From: Sminthopsis crassicaudata
Taxonomy: Eukaryota
Assembly: GCF_048593235.1 (NCBI RefSeq)
Contig: NC_133618.1
Coordinates: 498,499,675 to 498,563,674 of the forward strand
Direction: 5' to 3'
DNA length: 64,000 bases
Positions 1 to 12,887 of the stretch are shown in pieces. The translations under genes and the position numbers were made by a program. Below the pieces are notes generated by a model, which saw nothing but the letters and a program-made list of their open reading frames with translations, did not search any database and was not told where the DNA came from. Every line of letters begins with the position of its first letter. Position 1 is the stretch's first letter.

Positions 1-599
1 AGCAATTATATTGAAAAATGTATTTAAATATGTAAAGTAAAATGTGTAGTTTTACAAAGGAAAACAATCTTATTACAAAAGTCATCAAAATATTTTGAAA
101 AAAAATCACAAAACAAGTTCACAGAACCCCTGCCGGGTTGAAATGGCAGCCAGTACTTACAAGCTGAGTTACTCTTTCTGGATGCAGTTCCTTCTCTAAA
201 ATTAATGCTTGGCCTGGCTGGTCTCTAAGACCCTTTCTCATTCTCAGTTCCCTCAACCCCTTAACTATTAGGATGACTGAAACAGCAGCAAAAGGAGATC
301 AGAGGGAGGGCAGAAAGGGGAGTTTTTGCTAAGCCAAATTCTGCCTTAGTGACTAGAAGAAATAGGATGAGGACTCCTTGGATTTTACAACGACGAGCCT
401 CACATCAGTTTTTTTTAGCATCAGCTGACAGATCTCTCCCCTTCCCCCCCAATCCTCACGCTCCCGTCCGAGTGCTGGGACAATCCCACAATCCCTACAC
501 CTCACTCCATCCCTAGCTGCTGAAGGAAGGGGACAGGTTTGGCCGAGTCCAGTCAGGCCGGCTCTTCCCTGAGAAGGTCCTGGGGCCCCCTCCGTGTTT

Positions 600-2150
600 A
601 GGCACTTTAAGCCCTGAAAGAAGTGGAGATCAATCCAACCCCCTAGTTTTGCGGAAGGGACTCACCCAGAGGCACTCACGCAGCGAGGTGGTGCACAGGA
701 CTCAGGTGTCCCGACCCCGAGCCGTGCCTTGCAAAACACAGATGGAACCTGGCGCCCGGCTGGGCTTCTCCTAGGAAAACCTCCCCCTGCACCCGAAGGC
801 GCTTCCGGGGGCCAGGTGGAGGGCAGGGAGAAGCTGATGGGCAGTTCCGGGGCTCAGAGCTCGAGGCGAGATAGGGCCCCCCCTCCCCGCCTGCCCGAGA
901 GCCTGCCCCCACCCGTCTCACCTGGGGGTCCCCACTGCCCCACCCTCTCCCTCGCGGTGGGGGTCCTCCTCCTGACCCCCCCCAGCTCTCTCACCTGGGG
1001 GACCGCCAGCTCGGCCAGCTGTTCCTGGGACTTCAGGTGGCCCCACACCGTGTGGCCGATCCCCAAGGCGCCCCCCAGGGCCAACGCCGCCACCCCCAGC
1101 AGTCTCGGAGTCCCCTTGGACGCCGCCCCGGGCCAGCGCCCCGCCGCTCCGGAGAGCCCGGCCCGGCTTTGGCTCGGGCAGCAGCCCAGTTTCCAGCCCA
1201 CCGGCCTCGCATAGCGCCAGCCCGCCCGGACCACTGCTACGGCCACAGCCATCTTGACTGCGCATGGGCTACAAACTGGAGGCGGGCGGGCTCGAGAAAC
1301 AAAGGAATCTTTGACCTTAAAGGGGCACCGTCTCCAGGCACCGCCTTGGTCCTCTAAAAGTGCATCGGAAACGCCCGGGAAGGAGTAGAGGCCGGCAGTG
1401 CTTCCGAATCCTCTGGGTTCCAGACCTGCTCCTGCAGCTACCAGAGCGGCTGCCGAGCGGAACCCCGCCCCCCGGCCCAGCCACGCGGCGTCCTCTCGCG
1501 CTGAACGAGCGGAGCACTCTGGGATCTCCAGGCCCGTCCTGCGCCGGGAATGACCGCCTGGAATTAAGGACTGCAGTGGGGGTGAGCGAGCGCAGGGCCT
1601 CGCTCCGGGGCACTCCCCGGCCACTCCTGCAGTAGAGCCAGAGTGGACTCCGAGGCGGGGCACTCTTCCCGGGAACGTGCGCTCCAAGGTCACCAACAGA
1701 GGTCATCGCGGTTCCCGCCTCGGACCAACCTGACACCAAACCAAGTCCTACTTTGCTGAGTGACTGGAGCCGCCGAGGCGCGTCCCGGGCGCGCCGGCTT
1801 TGCGGTGTCCGGGTCCGGATCTGGATCTGTGAAACACTAAGCGTTAGCCGATCTGAAACACCCTCGGGTCCTAAAATGGGGGGAGGGGCTGGCCTCCTGT
1901 TAGCCATCCAGATGACGGCAGTTAGAGCATTTTACCTACACTACCGATCTTCACGGCCGACCAGGGGAGGGGCGCTGTCACCCATCCCCCTCTTACACAG
2001 GGTCAAAGCAAGGAAAACGGGTCCCAAAGACCAGCTCAGGGTCAGGCAGCTGCTACCTGATTCCGCGTCTGACGTCAGTCTTCGGGACTGCAAGCTCGGT
2101 GCCCCGCTTGTGCTGCCTGGTTAAATATGCCTGAATATTTGTGGTCCCAT
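600..2150 (-). promoter_or_regulatory. PTGES2 CpG island/promoter with full CRE (TGACGTCA 2070-2077) and NRF1-like TGCGCATG (1259-1266)
   Basis: GC/CpG-rich block around exon 1; motifs read directly. Confidence 0.75.
995..1252 (-). CDS. PTGES2: PTGES2 exon 1 (86 codons; remaining exons lie left of the window)
   Basis: aagATGg at 1252. MAVAVAVVRAGWRYARPVGWKLG...QSRAGLSGAAG...KGTPRLLGVAALALGGALGIGHTVWGHLKSQEQLAELAVPQ matches the PTGES2 N-terminus (QSRAGFAGAAG...KGSPRLLGAAALALGGALG). CAG|GTGAGA donor, phase 0. Confidence 0.93.
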
Positions 2151-2189
2151 TCGGGGTTTTCTTGGCAGAGACACTGGAGTGATTTCCTT

Positions 2190-2545
2190 TCCTTTTTTTT
2201 TTTTTTTTTTTTTAAAGCTTTTTATTTTCAAAATATATACAGGGATAATTTTTTACATTCCCCCTACAAAACCCCGCGTTCTAAATTTTCCCCTACATTC
2301 CCCTCTCCCTCTCCCCCAGCGGGCATATGATCCAATTTATGTTAAACGTGTGAAATCCCTCTATACATATTTCTACAAATATGATGCTGCACAAGAAAAA
2401 ACAGGTCAAAAAGGGGAAAAATGAGAAAACAATACAAAAAAAACACAGAAAGAGCGGGAATGCTACGTTGTGGTCCGCACTCAGTTCCCACAGTCCTCTC
2501 TCTGGGTGTAAATGCTCTCTCCATCACAAGACTGACGGGAGTGAA
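2190..2545 (-). mobile_element. L1 3' end fragment (poly-A appears as a T-run at ~2192-2212)
   Basis: Same sequence family as the 3' UTR of the ORF2-bearing L1 at 49551-50635, in reverse orientation. Confidence 0.75.
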
Positions 2546-2549
2546 ACTG

Positions 2550-2960
2550 TGCCCCCTTTAATCTGTAAAAGAAGGGAGATTGGGGTCTCAGGCCCTCCCC
2601 TCGGAAAAGCATACCCTCCCAGACAAAGCTAAGTGGCTTTAATGAGGTAAAGGAAAGGGGGAACCCAATTTCTCAGCGCAAAGATCCCATGAGGCGCAGT
2701 GTCCCCTGTAAATGAATTTACAGGCCCGAAAACCCTAGATTGATAAAAAAAAAAAAAAAAAAAAAGGTTTATTGTAGGAATTTGGAAGTAAAGCTCAGTT
2801 AGAAAGACGCCAGGGCCAGAGGTGGCTGCAGGGCGGGCAGGGACCCTTACATGGCCGGAAGGATACCATGTGTTGGCTGGGAGGGCTCCTGCAAAGAGGG
2901 CGTTCTGACTCACCTCTTTTATACCTAGATGATGATGGGCGGTACCCCCAAGTTCTCTGC
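2550..2960 (-). mobile_element. LTR-like element fragment (TATA 2916-2923, AATAAA 2768-2773 on minus)
   Basis: TATA - R - AATAAA - U5-like order; homologous to the plus-strand copy at ~4405-4640. Confidence 0.55.
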
Positions 2961-3419
2961 GGGCTTTTCAGTTAGCTCAGATCAGGTGAGGGCTGGGGAA
3001 GCTGAGCAGATAGTGGGGCTGGGCCCGATATTCCAAAGGGTGCTTTTGACCAGGATTTGTGAATCGAGGTCAGCCATGGGCAGAGAGGAGTCTTAAAGGG
3101 ACCTCAACCCCCATCAGCTTCATTCAATGTGATGGGGTTCTAGTGGCAGAGAGTTGTGGGAATCCCTTTTGGTCTGGTCCAAGGTTAAAGAATTCAGGAA
3201 CCTGAAATGTTAGACTGACAAAAGGAAGTTCATTGGCACTGAGAAGTCAGCTTTAGCTAGGAGACTGACTTCTTCAGTGGCAAGGTTCTGACCGAGAGAG
3301 AAAGAGGGGTTAACGCTGAGAAGAGAATGTGAACAGCAGGCAGGGGCCCTGGCAAATAGCTGTGCCAAACAGAGGTCCCTTGGCATGGCATGATTCTGGC
3401 TTTTAGATCTCTGCAAAGA

Positions 3420-4790
3420 AAGGAGCCCCAAAATTGCCCTTTAATAGATCTGAGACTGAAATTTCAATCTAATGAAATGACTTCCCTCAGGCCTAGATTT
3501 CCAGTAGAATGAGCTTAGAATGTAAATTCTAGCTAAGCAGGAGTGGTCCTGGACTAATTTTCAGCTCTATAGAGGGTGCAGGTACTCAATAGAAATATCA
3601 GGTCCAGATCTCCAGCTAAATGATACCACTTAAGTTTGAGCTAAATAGGGAGTGCTCCTGGGCCTATCTTGATGAAGCCACTTAACTGCCCCCAGGGTGG
3701 ATCCCTGTCAGGAGAGTTTCAGGGCTCACCCCAAAAGTTAAGGACAGTTTCAAGGAGGAGAGTTTCAGGATTCCCCCTGTCAAATTGGAGATCTAGGTCA
3801 AATCATCCTCCGTTGATCTTTTGGGGATGGCCCAGATCCCCTTCAGGGAATTCCCAGCCTCTGGGAAAAAGCCTTCAAAATTATTTCATTCAATCGAAAA
3901 TCTCTGTCTGATTGTCCTTTATTGATTAGCTTCCAACCCCAGGCCAAGATGTATCTCATATAACCAAGGATCTGTTAAACACACCTTTGCCTAACTTCTA
4001 ATGAGAAGTTTTGCCCACTAAGAAAGCCTCCTTCTTAGTGAACAATAAAAGTCCTTTTTTGCCACAGATTTCAGGGTTCATAAATTATTTCGCATTGGAC
4101 CTGCATCTTCTAGCACAAGGAATCTCTCCCCCTATTCCCACAGCTCAACATTCCATTGGAACTGGCCTTGATGTGAGTTGTGGTCCCTTTAAGAAACTAA
4201 TCCTTTCAGATTGATTTATTCCTTTCTGATTCCCAGCCCCTCCTAGCTGATGCATTATCAATTCTAGAAGCTAGGATCTTTGATTCACAAATCCTGGTCA
4301 AAAGCACCCCTTTGAATTCCAATAGAAGATCCGGACCCTCCCAACCCCCCTTGGACCTGAGCCAACTTGGGACTTCATCCACAGGCCCCTTTAGCTAAAT
4401 CTCTCATTGTAAAAGAGCCAAGCTGAAGTCCTCTCTTTGCAGAGATTCCAAACATGCAGCCTTACGCCTGGAATGCCAAGGATCTCTGCCCACTGGAACA
4501 TTGTTTCTGGTGCCCTCTTATTTCTACCTTCACCTTTTACTAACTAGACTTTAACCTTACTTCCAAACCCCATAATAAATCTCTTTTATCAATCTAGGTT
4601 TTTGGATCTGTAGATTCCTTTACAGGGGACTCTTGCACAATTAGACCTCATTTAACTCCGTATCCTTGCACCAAATCCAAAGAGGTTGCAGGGGAGCTCT
4701 ATTTGATTTCCTATACTCTGAATCTGCCACTAGACCTCAATTAAACCCTAATTTCATTCAGGTACCCCAATTCTAGACCTCATCAGCCTC
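3420..4790 (+). mobile_element. LTR-like element (AATAAA 4574-4579)
   Basis: Internal short repeats (ggagagtttcagg twice); shares tttatcaatctagg..ctgta.attc.tttacaggggac with the minus copy at ~2700-2790. Confidence 0.5.
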
Positions 4791-4802
4791 AATTATCTCA
4801 TT

Positions 4803-5172
4803 GTTTTTTGTTTTAGCTTTTTATTTACAAAACATATGCATGGGTAATTTTTCAACACTGACCCTTGCAAAAACTTTTGTTCCAAATTTTCCTCTCCTCC
4901 CCACCCTATCTCCTAGATGACAGGTACAATACATGTTAAATATGTTAAAGTATATGTTAAATACAACATATTTGTACAGTTATTTACAGCACAAGAAAAA
5001 TCAGATCTAGAAAGAAAAAAACCTGAGAAGGAAAACAAAAATGCAAGCAAACATCAACAAAGTGTGAAAATGCTATGTTGTGGTCCACACTCAGTTCCCA
5101 CAGTTCTCTCTCTGGGTGTAGATGGCTCTCTTCACCATTTCACAAGTGGAACTGGTTTGAATCATCTCACCC
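4803..5172 (-). mobile_element. L1 3' end fragment
   Basis: tttttatttacaaaacatatgcatgggtaatttttcaac... is the same family as 2190, 48576 and 57590. Confidence 0.75.
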
Positions 5173-7980
5173 TTTCTTTGGGAGGAGGTTTCTTTTCTCT
5201 GTGAATCTTTTTCTCTGTCCTCTTCTTCCCCTCCAAAAGTATGGGATTGCTGGACTTGCGAATCCACAGGACGTCTTCTCTTTGACCCAATCCAGAACTG
5301 ACTTTCCAGACTCTAACTTCTTTTATCCTCCCAGAGAATGGGTGATTAGCAAACTAATGAGTTTTCCTGTTTTGAAAGCATTCAACTGAGTTGGGAAAAT
5401 TATAAACATGAACAATTATATTGCTCATTTTAAAAAATAACCTCTTATTAAAACATATACTTTTGGAGGTTATTTTTTTTTACTTATTTGTTTTGCTTTT
5501 TGGGTAAGGCAATTAGGTTTAAGTGACTTGCTGAGGGTCACAAAGCTAACTGTCTGAGGATGGATTGGAATTCAGTTCCTCCAGACTTCAGAACTGGTGC
5601 TTATCTCAATATACCACATAACTGCCTCCCCTCCCCCCCCCCCAGTTCATTCTTAATGTTTTGGGTTTTTTAAATTTTCATTTGGAAAATTTTGAGTTTT
5701 AAATTCTCCACTTCTTTAAAATGCTTCCCTTACCAATGAGAAGGCAAGAAATATGATATCCATTATACATATGAAGTCAATCAAAACATATTTCTATATT
5801 AAACATGTAAAAAACAGTAGGAAAAAATTAAGAAAACAGGGGAAATATGCTTTAATCAGCATTCAGAGATCATTAGTTCTTTCCCTGCAGGTGGATAAAA
5901 TTTTTCATCATGAGTTGTTTGGAATTGTCATGGATCATTGTATTGCTCAGAGTAGCTAAGTATAAATGTTTATTTTATTTATAGTTTTACCAAAATAAAA
6001 GAAAACAAAAGTCTCAACAACGATTTATCTAAGTAACTTTTCAAAGTCATCAGTGAGAAGAGGAATTTTTAAAATATTTTTCTTGGGGAGAATGGGTGTG
6101 GAATAACTCAGGGGCTTGTGGGAGAAATACTTCAACCAATGAACTTGCTCCTCTTAAACATGTAAGCTCCTTCCCAGAAGTTCAAAGGGGTAAAACTCCC
6201 CTTAAAGTCCAGAACTAGAGAATTGTTAAGTACCGACTTAGCACTTAGTAAGAACCTTATATCTCATTATCTCATTAGCACTTAGTAAGAACCTAACACA
6301 ACTCCACCAATAATATATAAGCATCCCAGTTTTCCCACATCCCCTCCAACATTCATCATTATCTTTTTCTGTCATTTTGTGATTTGCTATTTTCTTCTCC
6401 AGCTCCTGTTACAGATGAGGAAACTGAGGCAGACAGGGTAAAGTGATTTGCTCAGGGTCACATAGCTAGTGTCTGATGCTGGATTTGAATTCAAAGAGAG
6501 GAGCCTTCCCGATTCCAAGCCTGGGGAAGGGATGTAAAAGAGGTACCAGATGTGGGGATATGATTTAAGAGAGTAATAGATTGGGAAAGCATAATTGTAA
6601 AAGAGTATTACACAAAGAGTATAATATTCTGTTACAATTCAATGCACCTGAAGAAATCAAGTCAGACATCCATCACAGGTAACAAAGGTTTGCTATGTTA
6701 TTTATGTGAAAATAGCTTCATTGGCTCAAGTGAATGCAATTTGATAAGGCAGTCATACTGAATGAGCGATTTCCATTTCAGGAAAAGCTTTTAAAGTCTC
6801 AGGTGAGCAGGGACAGGAACTGGGAAGTAAAGGAAGGAACCAGGGAGGAGTATGGAGAGAGAAAACCATGATCAAGGAGGAGCCAGGTGGAATCTGATGA
6901 TGTCCCAGACCTAAAAATGTGCCAATCAAGATCTCTGAGATAGTAACTTTTTTAAATTATTGTTTTATTTTTTTTTCTGGTTATACATGTGCATTAACTA
7001 TTTAAAATACACATTTCTTTATGAATCATGTTGGGGTAACTGTCTTTAAAGATGCTAACTATACAATCCCAGAGATTGGAGTTCTAGATAAAGGATAGCT
7101 GGCTGATTAAAAGTTTCAGAGTTTCCCTCACTTTATTGTATACAAACAGGATAGTCTGGGAGAACTAACTTCCTTTTTGTGCCCTTTAGTTTTGTTGATT
7201 ATGGTTGATAATAACAGGATGGACTCCTTTTAACACTTCCAGATTAAAGTAGAGAATATGCTGATTTTAGAATTCCCATCAGTGGTATTCTCTCCACTCT
7301 TCCACATCTGCCCAAAAGAATTAGGATTATAAAAAAAGAAAGTTACTTCAACTGCCTCTGATCTAATGTCACTTTTAAGTGCCTAGGCCTTGCCCCTGAA
7401 ACATTGGTCTAAAACTGAATATGAATACAGAGAGGTTTTTAATTTTTAAAAATTTTTTTATTTTACCACCTGTCTCAAACTCTTTTAAGTCTGTTTCCTC
7501 ACCTGAAAAATATAAGTTGGTCTAAATGACCCATATGATACTTTCTAGCTCCAAATCCTTGAAATTATGGATAATAAATGTGAAACTCATACACCTACAT
7601 TAGTGTTATTACCACTTGATGCAATTGGTGCAATTATTGTCTCCCCATATTAAGGTCAATCCTAGGGACATTGATGCTGGTTAAAGTCAGACTCCAACAC
7701 CAAATGAAGGAGAATATTAAATCCAATTCCTTTGATTCCTGGGCCCCAACCCATTGAATCAGCTTCTGGCAGTAACTTCAGAAGGGGCAACTTTGAGCTT
7801 TATCTAGCAACAGATTTCCAGCCTCTTAAGATTTCTGGGCAGAGAAGTTGGGGGAGGGGAGAAGGAATGCTTAATCTAGTGAGGTTTATAAGATAACAGG
7901 GTCAACAGGAAGATTTAGGAAACAGAGTTTGTCCTTCAAATAATCTCCTGGACCTGGGAGAAAAGGCCAAGTGCCATGCT

Positions 7981-8225
7981 GGGGCAGCTAGGTGGTGCAG
8001 TGGAGAGTGCTGGGCCTGGAGTCAAGAAGATACATCTTCCTGAGTTCAATTCCAATTTCAGATACTTACTTAGCTGTGTGATCCTAGGGGAGTCACTTAA
8101 CCCTGTTTGTTTCATCTGTAAAATGAGCAGAAGGAAATGGGGAACTCACTCCAGTATCTCTGCTAAAGCAAAAACAACCCAAGATGAAGTCACAAAAGTC
8201 AGACTTGACTGAAATAACAACAAAA
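7981..8225 (+). mobile_element. CORE-SINE with RTE-like tail (MAR1-type), TSD tgccatgct
   Basis: tRNA-like head ggggcagctaggtggtgcagtgg, CORE, and tail gaaggaaatgg..ctccagtatc..gactgaaataacaac. 9-bp direct repeats at 7972-7980 and 8226-8234. Confidence 0.8.
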
Positions 8226-8535
8226 TGCCATGCTAGTTAGAACATTCCTTCTTACACTCACACATTTGTTCACAAGCTTGTATTAAGCTCCTACTGGTTA
8301 GTTGCCAGTGGAGATACAAAAAAGAAAAAATAAATTTTTTTTTTTTTAATTTTTTGCCCTCATGAAGCTTACATTCTCCTGGGTAAACAGATAAATATAA
8401 ATACAAGCTGTGTACATAATAAATACATCATGCTGGAAGGAGGACACTGATATAGAATAGGCCTCCTGTACAAAGTAGAAACTGACTTGAGTCTTGTGGG
8501 ATTCTATATTCTACAACTGAGATGAATAATAGGGC

Positions 8536-9241
8536 TGTAAGGCACCAAATAATGTGATTTAGGAAAGAATCAAATGTTGAGATTGATGAAGGCACCAAAT
8601 GGGGTTTTATTACATGAAGAATTCACAATGGCCACACTCTTTGGCAAAAGATGGGTTTATTTAGAAGAAGGGATTACAGACAAAATGAAGATACAATAAA
8701 CACCAAGAGTGGTAAATATGAAAGAGTTGGGAAAGCATATAATTAGTTATAAAAATGAAAAAGACACCATGAGATATGATGGGCTAAGGAGAGAGATACC
8801 ACATGACATGAGGGAAAGGTGAGGGGAAAGATGCTATCAGACAGAGTGTTATAGTGGACTATAGCCCCAAGAGGGATTCTGCAAAAATGGTGTGAGTCAT
8901 TGATAGATTTATAGGGAAAATTTGACTTCAGGACTTTGCCATAACTAGATTTCTTGGCTGGATACAGCAAAGGGCGAGGGATAGAAGGGGAATGGGACCG
9001 TGGGACTATGAGGTATTCCTATCAGTGCCCTTTCCTGTCTATTCCAGGGGACAATTCCATCAATATTTCATTTTTTTTCTGCCAATGTCACTCAGGATCT
9101 TATCAGTGAAGGTGGAATATAACCCAATGCAAGATCTCAAAGCCCTATATTCAGCCCTGCCATCTATTTCCCAAGAAATATCTAACCCTCTCTCTAAGCC
9201 GCAGTTTCCCCCCCTGTCTCCTTCCCCATAGAGCTCATACA
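8536..9241 (-). mobile_element. Solo-LTR-like element (TG...CA)
   Basis: Minus strand ends TGGTGCCTTACA. Its aataaacccatcttttgccaaagag..gccattgtgaattcttca region is homologous to 49420-49465 (+). No TSD found. Confidence 0.55.
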
Positions 9242-10099
9242 AAACTATTGCCTAGGTGAGGCAGAACCTCATATTCATGGTGGTGACTCTCCCTCTGTCT
9301 CCCAATATCTTTCAGCAGTCCCCTGGCTTCTGTAGCCAGGTAGCTGACCTTAGAAATTCTCCCCCGAAACTGAGCCTGTGCTATGGAGAGGGGTTGCAGA
9401 GAAGGACTAGGAAGCCCTCAGAAGCCACAATGCTGGTTTCCAAATTTTGCGTTTTATGATCTTTTTTTTTTTTTTTTTTTTTGTGGAGGGGGGGGGGAGA
9501 AGAGCAATCGTGGTTAAGTGACTTGCTCAGGGTCACAGCTGATACCTGTCTGAGGTCAAATTTGAACTCAGGTCCTCCTGACCCCAGATTCATTATCTCC
9601 TTTACTGATTTTTGATTGGAGATAGCTAAGAGACAGACAGGCAGAGCTTTGCTGGAGAGGAAGCTCTGGTCTACAGTAGATCTCCCAGGGATCACCACAA
9701 GGCAGGAGCTATTTCCATATTTACCCATATCAGACCGGCACCAGCCATCTCCAACCCACACCGCTAGGGGGCCTGGGAATGGAGCACAATGGAAGCCTCC
9801 CTCCTCCATTCCACTCACCACCAAACCTATTTAAGAAAGAACATCACTCCATGACTGCCAGCCCTGCAGCGCTGAGGGGGGGAAGGAGGGGTACTCAGAC
9901 TGTGCCGCTCCTGCCGAGAGCCTGAGCGGGGGCCATCCAGATCGATGTCAGCTGCTGGAGCGTCACCACAGGATTTCTCTAGCTTCAAAGGAGGGCTGAC
10001 ATCCATGGGCAGAAGCCCTGAAGTGAGTGGGAAATGTTTAGGTTTCCTAGGCGACAAGCCTCTGACTTTCGGGGAAGGAGGCCGGCTGCGACTTCATGT

Positions 10100-11400
10100 C
10101 CAAAAAGTAGATGGAGGCGCCCGCGACGCCAAACCCGGCCTTAAAATGACTGCTTTCTAAGGGCCCTGCGTGCCTCCTTCCCAAATAAAAGGAGGAAAAA
10201 GTCCACTCGCCACCTGGCTCCAGGTAAGGGCGACAGCTACCTAGTCCCACACTCTCCCGCCCGCGGCTCATCTCCTTCCTTTCTGAGTCTAGAAACAGAG
10301 ACTTTATTCCTACACTGAGCCGGGGACCTTGAGAAACCCAATCCGTATGGATTAAGACCTCCGGGAGCACTAACTAGAGCTCGCCTGGCCGATAGCCCTC
10401 CGGGGTGCGTACCCGTCAACGCCTTCGTTACCTATTGCAGAAGGCCGGAGACCTCATTCCCTCCCCAGAGTGACGACGGGTCCTCGGATTTCCAAGGCTT
10501 GCCAGAAGACAGCCCGGACCCTGGCCCCGCCCCTCACCCGTCGCCCCGCCCTGTCCCGGAGGGGGCGGGGCTCAGGGTTGATAGCGTTCGATTTGTAATC
10601 CGCAGGATTCTGTCGATTGTCTCTGCTTTCTGCGGCTCCGCGATCTGTGGTAGCCGCGGACCTCAGGATGTCCGGCCCCAACGGGGACCTGCCCATGCCA
10701 GTGGAGCCTGGCGTCGGAGAAGAGGACGACTGCTTCGGGGAAGCAGGTAGCTACCTGGGTGGGACGCGAGTCTGCAGCCCCTCCGTGGGAAGGACACTTG
10801 CTGGGAGAGGGAGTCCGGAAGTGCCCGTTTCAGCTCCCACGCCTCCTGCCCTGATACCCCGGGTGTCATCCCTCTTCCTCCAGGGAGAACAAGGCCGCGG
10901 GCTCCTCTGCTCCCTCTGCCAGCAGCCCGGCCCACCCCCACTCTTAAGAGCCCGGGGTTCTCCGTCTAAGCTGGAGGCGCTGCCGACTCCGGGTGGAAAG
11001 ACTGGGGAATCCCCGAGTGGGGCTCCGACCCTTCTCCTTTGGACCGGTCCCCAGCCAGGGCATAAAGAATGGAGCCCAGGGGCTCCGAAGGGGCACAAGG
11101 TGAGCGTAGATCTGCCGGGGCGTGGGCAAGGCTGAGTCAGCTTTATCGAAGCCCCGGCGTGCAGACCCTCCCCCAGCCGCCCGGGTCCTGCGGTGTTAAA
11201 TGTAGGAGCGTCGGTCGCAGACCTTTAGCACTTTTAGTCTTCAGGCGGGTAGTGAAGGCTCTGATTTTCCTGTGGAGGGGGACAGCACACGCGCGAAACA
11301 AGCCGCAGCCCCGGACCCCAGCGGCGCGGTGAGGAATCCTGGGGCTGGCTGAAATGCTTCCTGGAAAAAGTCGCTAGCGCTTAGCCGCAGGGAAGGGGGG
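10100..11400 (+). promoter_or_regulatory. BBLN CpG island/promoter with GC boxes (~10523-10532, ~10561-10570)
   Basis: CpG-rich block spanning exon 1. Confidence 0.75.
10668..10746 (+). CDS. BBLN: BBLN (C9orf16, bublin) coding exon 1
   Basis: MSGPNGDLPMPVEPGVGEEDDCFGEA matches human MSGPNGDLGMPVEAGAEGEEDGFGEA; G|GTAGCT donor, phase 1. Confidence 0.93.
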
Positions 11401-12741
11401 AAGTGCAGCAAAGCACCTTCCTTCATTGTTCATTCCAGGAACACTTGTTTTAGCTCCTATGTGCCAGGCACTGGACATGTAGACGTAGACCCTGCCTTCA
11501 AGGGGGCTTGCCATCTCACTGGAGTTGGGGGGGGAATTAGAGAATTATGATTCAAAGAGTTAAGTTGGAAGAGGTATTTGAAGAAGGAAAGAGCTTATTG
11601 AAGAGCAAGCACCTGAATATCGACTTGAAAGTGGGAGGGGGCTTCCACAGCTCGACCACGGGGGTGAGCAGATTCTAGGCAACCAAGAGTTTGGGTTTGA
11701 TTTGGAATGGGAAAGTCCTGTGTTCAAGTTCAGCTTCGTGTGAACAAGCTGCGCAATCCTGTAAACACGTGTCCTATTTCTGCCTCAGGTTACCCGTTTG
11801 TGAAGTGGAGACAAGAATCTCCCAGGGTTACTGTGAGGATAAAATGAGAGAATATTTGCAAACTTGAAATTGCTCTAAAAAACGTTAGCTATGCCCTGTT
11901 ACTTTGGGCAGAGATGACAATGTCATGAGACTGGAGAGCCCGACAAGTAGTGTGTTTTAGGCGAGGACATAGAAAGTCAGGATGGGAGCCGGATTGTGGC
12001 AGGCTTCAAATGCCTGGTTCAGAAGTTAATCTCTTATTAGGCATCAAGGAACTAATGATGGCTTTTGAGTAGAAAAATGACATGATCCTGGAGGCACATT
12101 CCAGTTCATTTGGAAGCTGGAGATAGAGCAACTATTAAAGTAGGGGGGGGGGGGAGAAGCAATCGGGACCTGAAGTGGTGGATGTTACAGGCGGAAGCAA
12201 AAAGGAAAGGCCTATTTGGAAGGTAGAATTAATTGGATTTGACAGCTCCATGGAGGTATAGAAGATTAAAGGTGGTAGTGAGATGTCATCCCATCTGATC
12301 TCCATTGGAGCAGATAGCAATATGTTTAAATGCCCAAACCCAGGATAATTGGAGACTAAGTCACATCTCCTTCCAAAAGTTTGTATTCTGATTTCAAAAT
12401 CTCACCAAACCCCTCTAGAATCGTCAAAAGCCAACATTTTCTTGGGAATTAAGAGTAGGGCAAGTTATTTAAAGACTGATTAACTCTAAGAGACCAGCTG
12501 TTAAGAGGTCTGATGCTGAAGCCCATGAAACTGTGAACTGTAACTACAGAACAGGCACGTAATTTCCATTTTGGCCAGCTTGTTGATTTTTCTTGACCAT
12601 ACTTGTCATAAAGAAGGGTTGGAGGGATGAGGAGTCATTGGGAAGTGAGTGATTTGAGGAGATTAAGGGGAAGGAGAAGAGCATCAATAAAATGCACAAA
12701 AAAGAATAGAACAGGAAATCCAATGGTGGTCAGGAATAGTC

Positions 12742-12887
12742 TTTTTTCTTTTTTCCCTGAGGCTGGGGTTAAGCGACTTGCCCAGGGTCACACAGCTAGG
12801 AAGTTTTAAGTATCTGAGACCAGATTTTAACTCGGGTCCTCCTGAATTCAAGGCTGGTGCTCTATCCACTTCGCCACCTAGCGGCCC
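12742..12887 (-). mobile_element. Short CORE-SINE (WSINE1-like)
   Basis: Reverse tRNA head and CORE with T-tail; imperfect TSD tggtcaggaa(ta)gtc on both sides. Confidence 0.8.

Noticed and set aside
1253-1696. Long in-frame ORF upstream of the PTGES2 ATG
   Set aside because: It starts at TTG in CpG-island sequence; homology begins only at the 1252 ATG, which has good Kozak context.
6238-6294. 20-bp direct repeat ttagcacttagtaagaacct with a 17-nt spacer
   Set aside because: Only two units, at the end of an LTR-like fragment; a local duplication, not an array.
9820-10030. TATTTAA, ATG and GTGAGT upstream of BBLN as a possible LCN2 first exon
   Set aside because: Translations show no signal peptide or lipocalin similarity.
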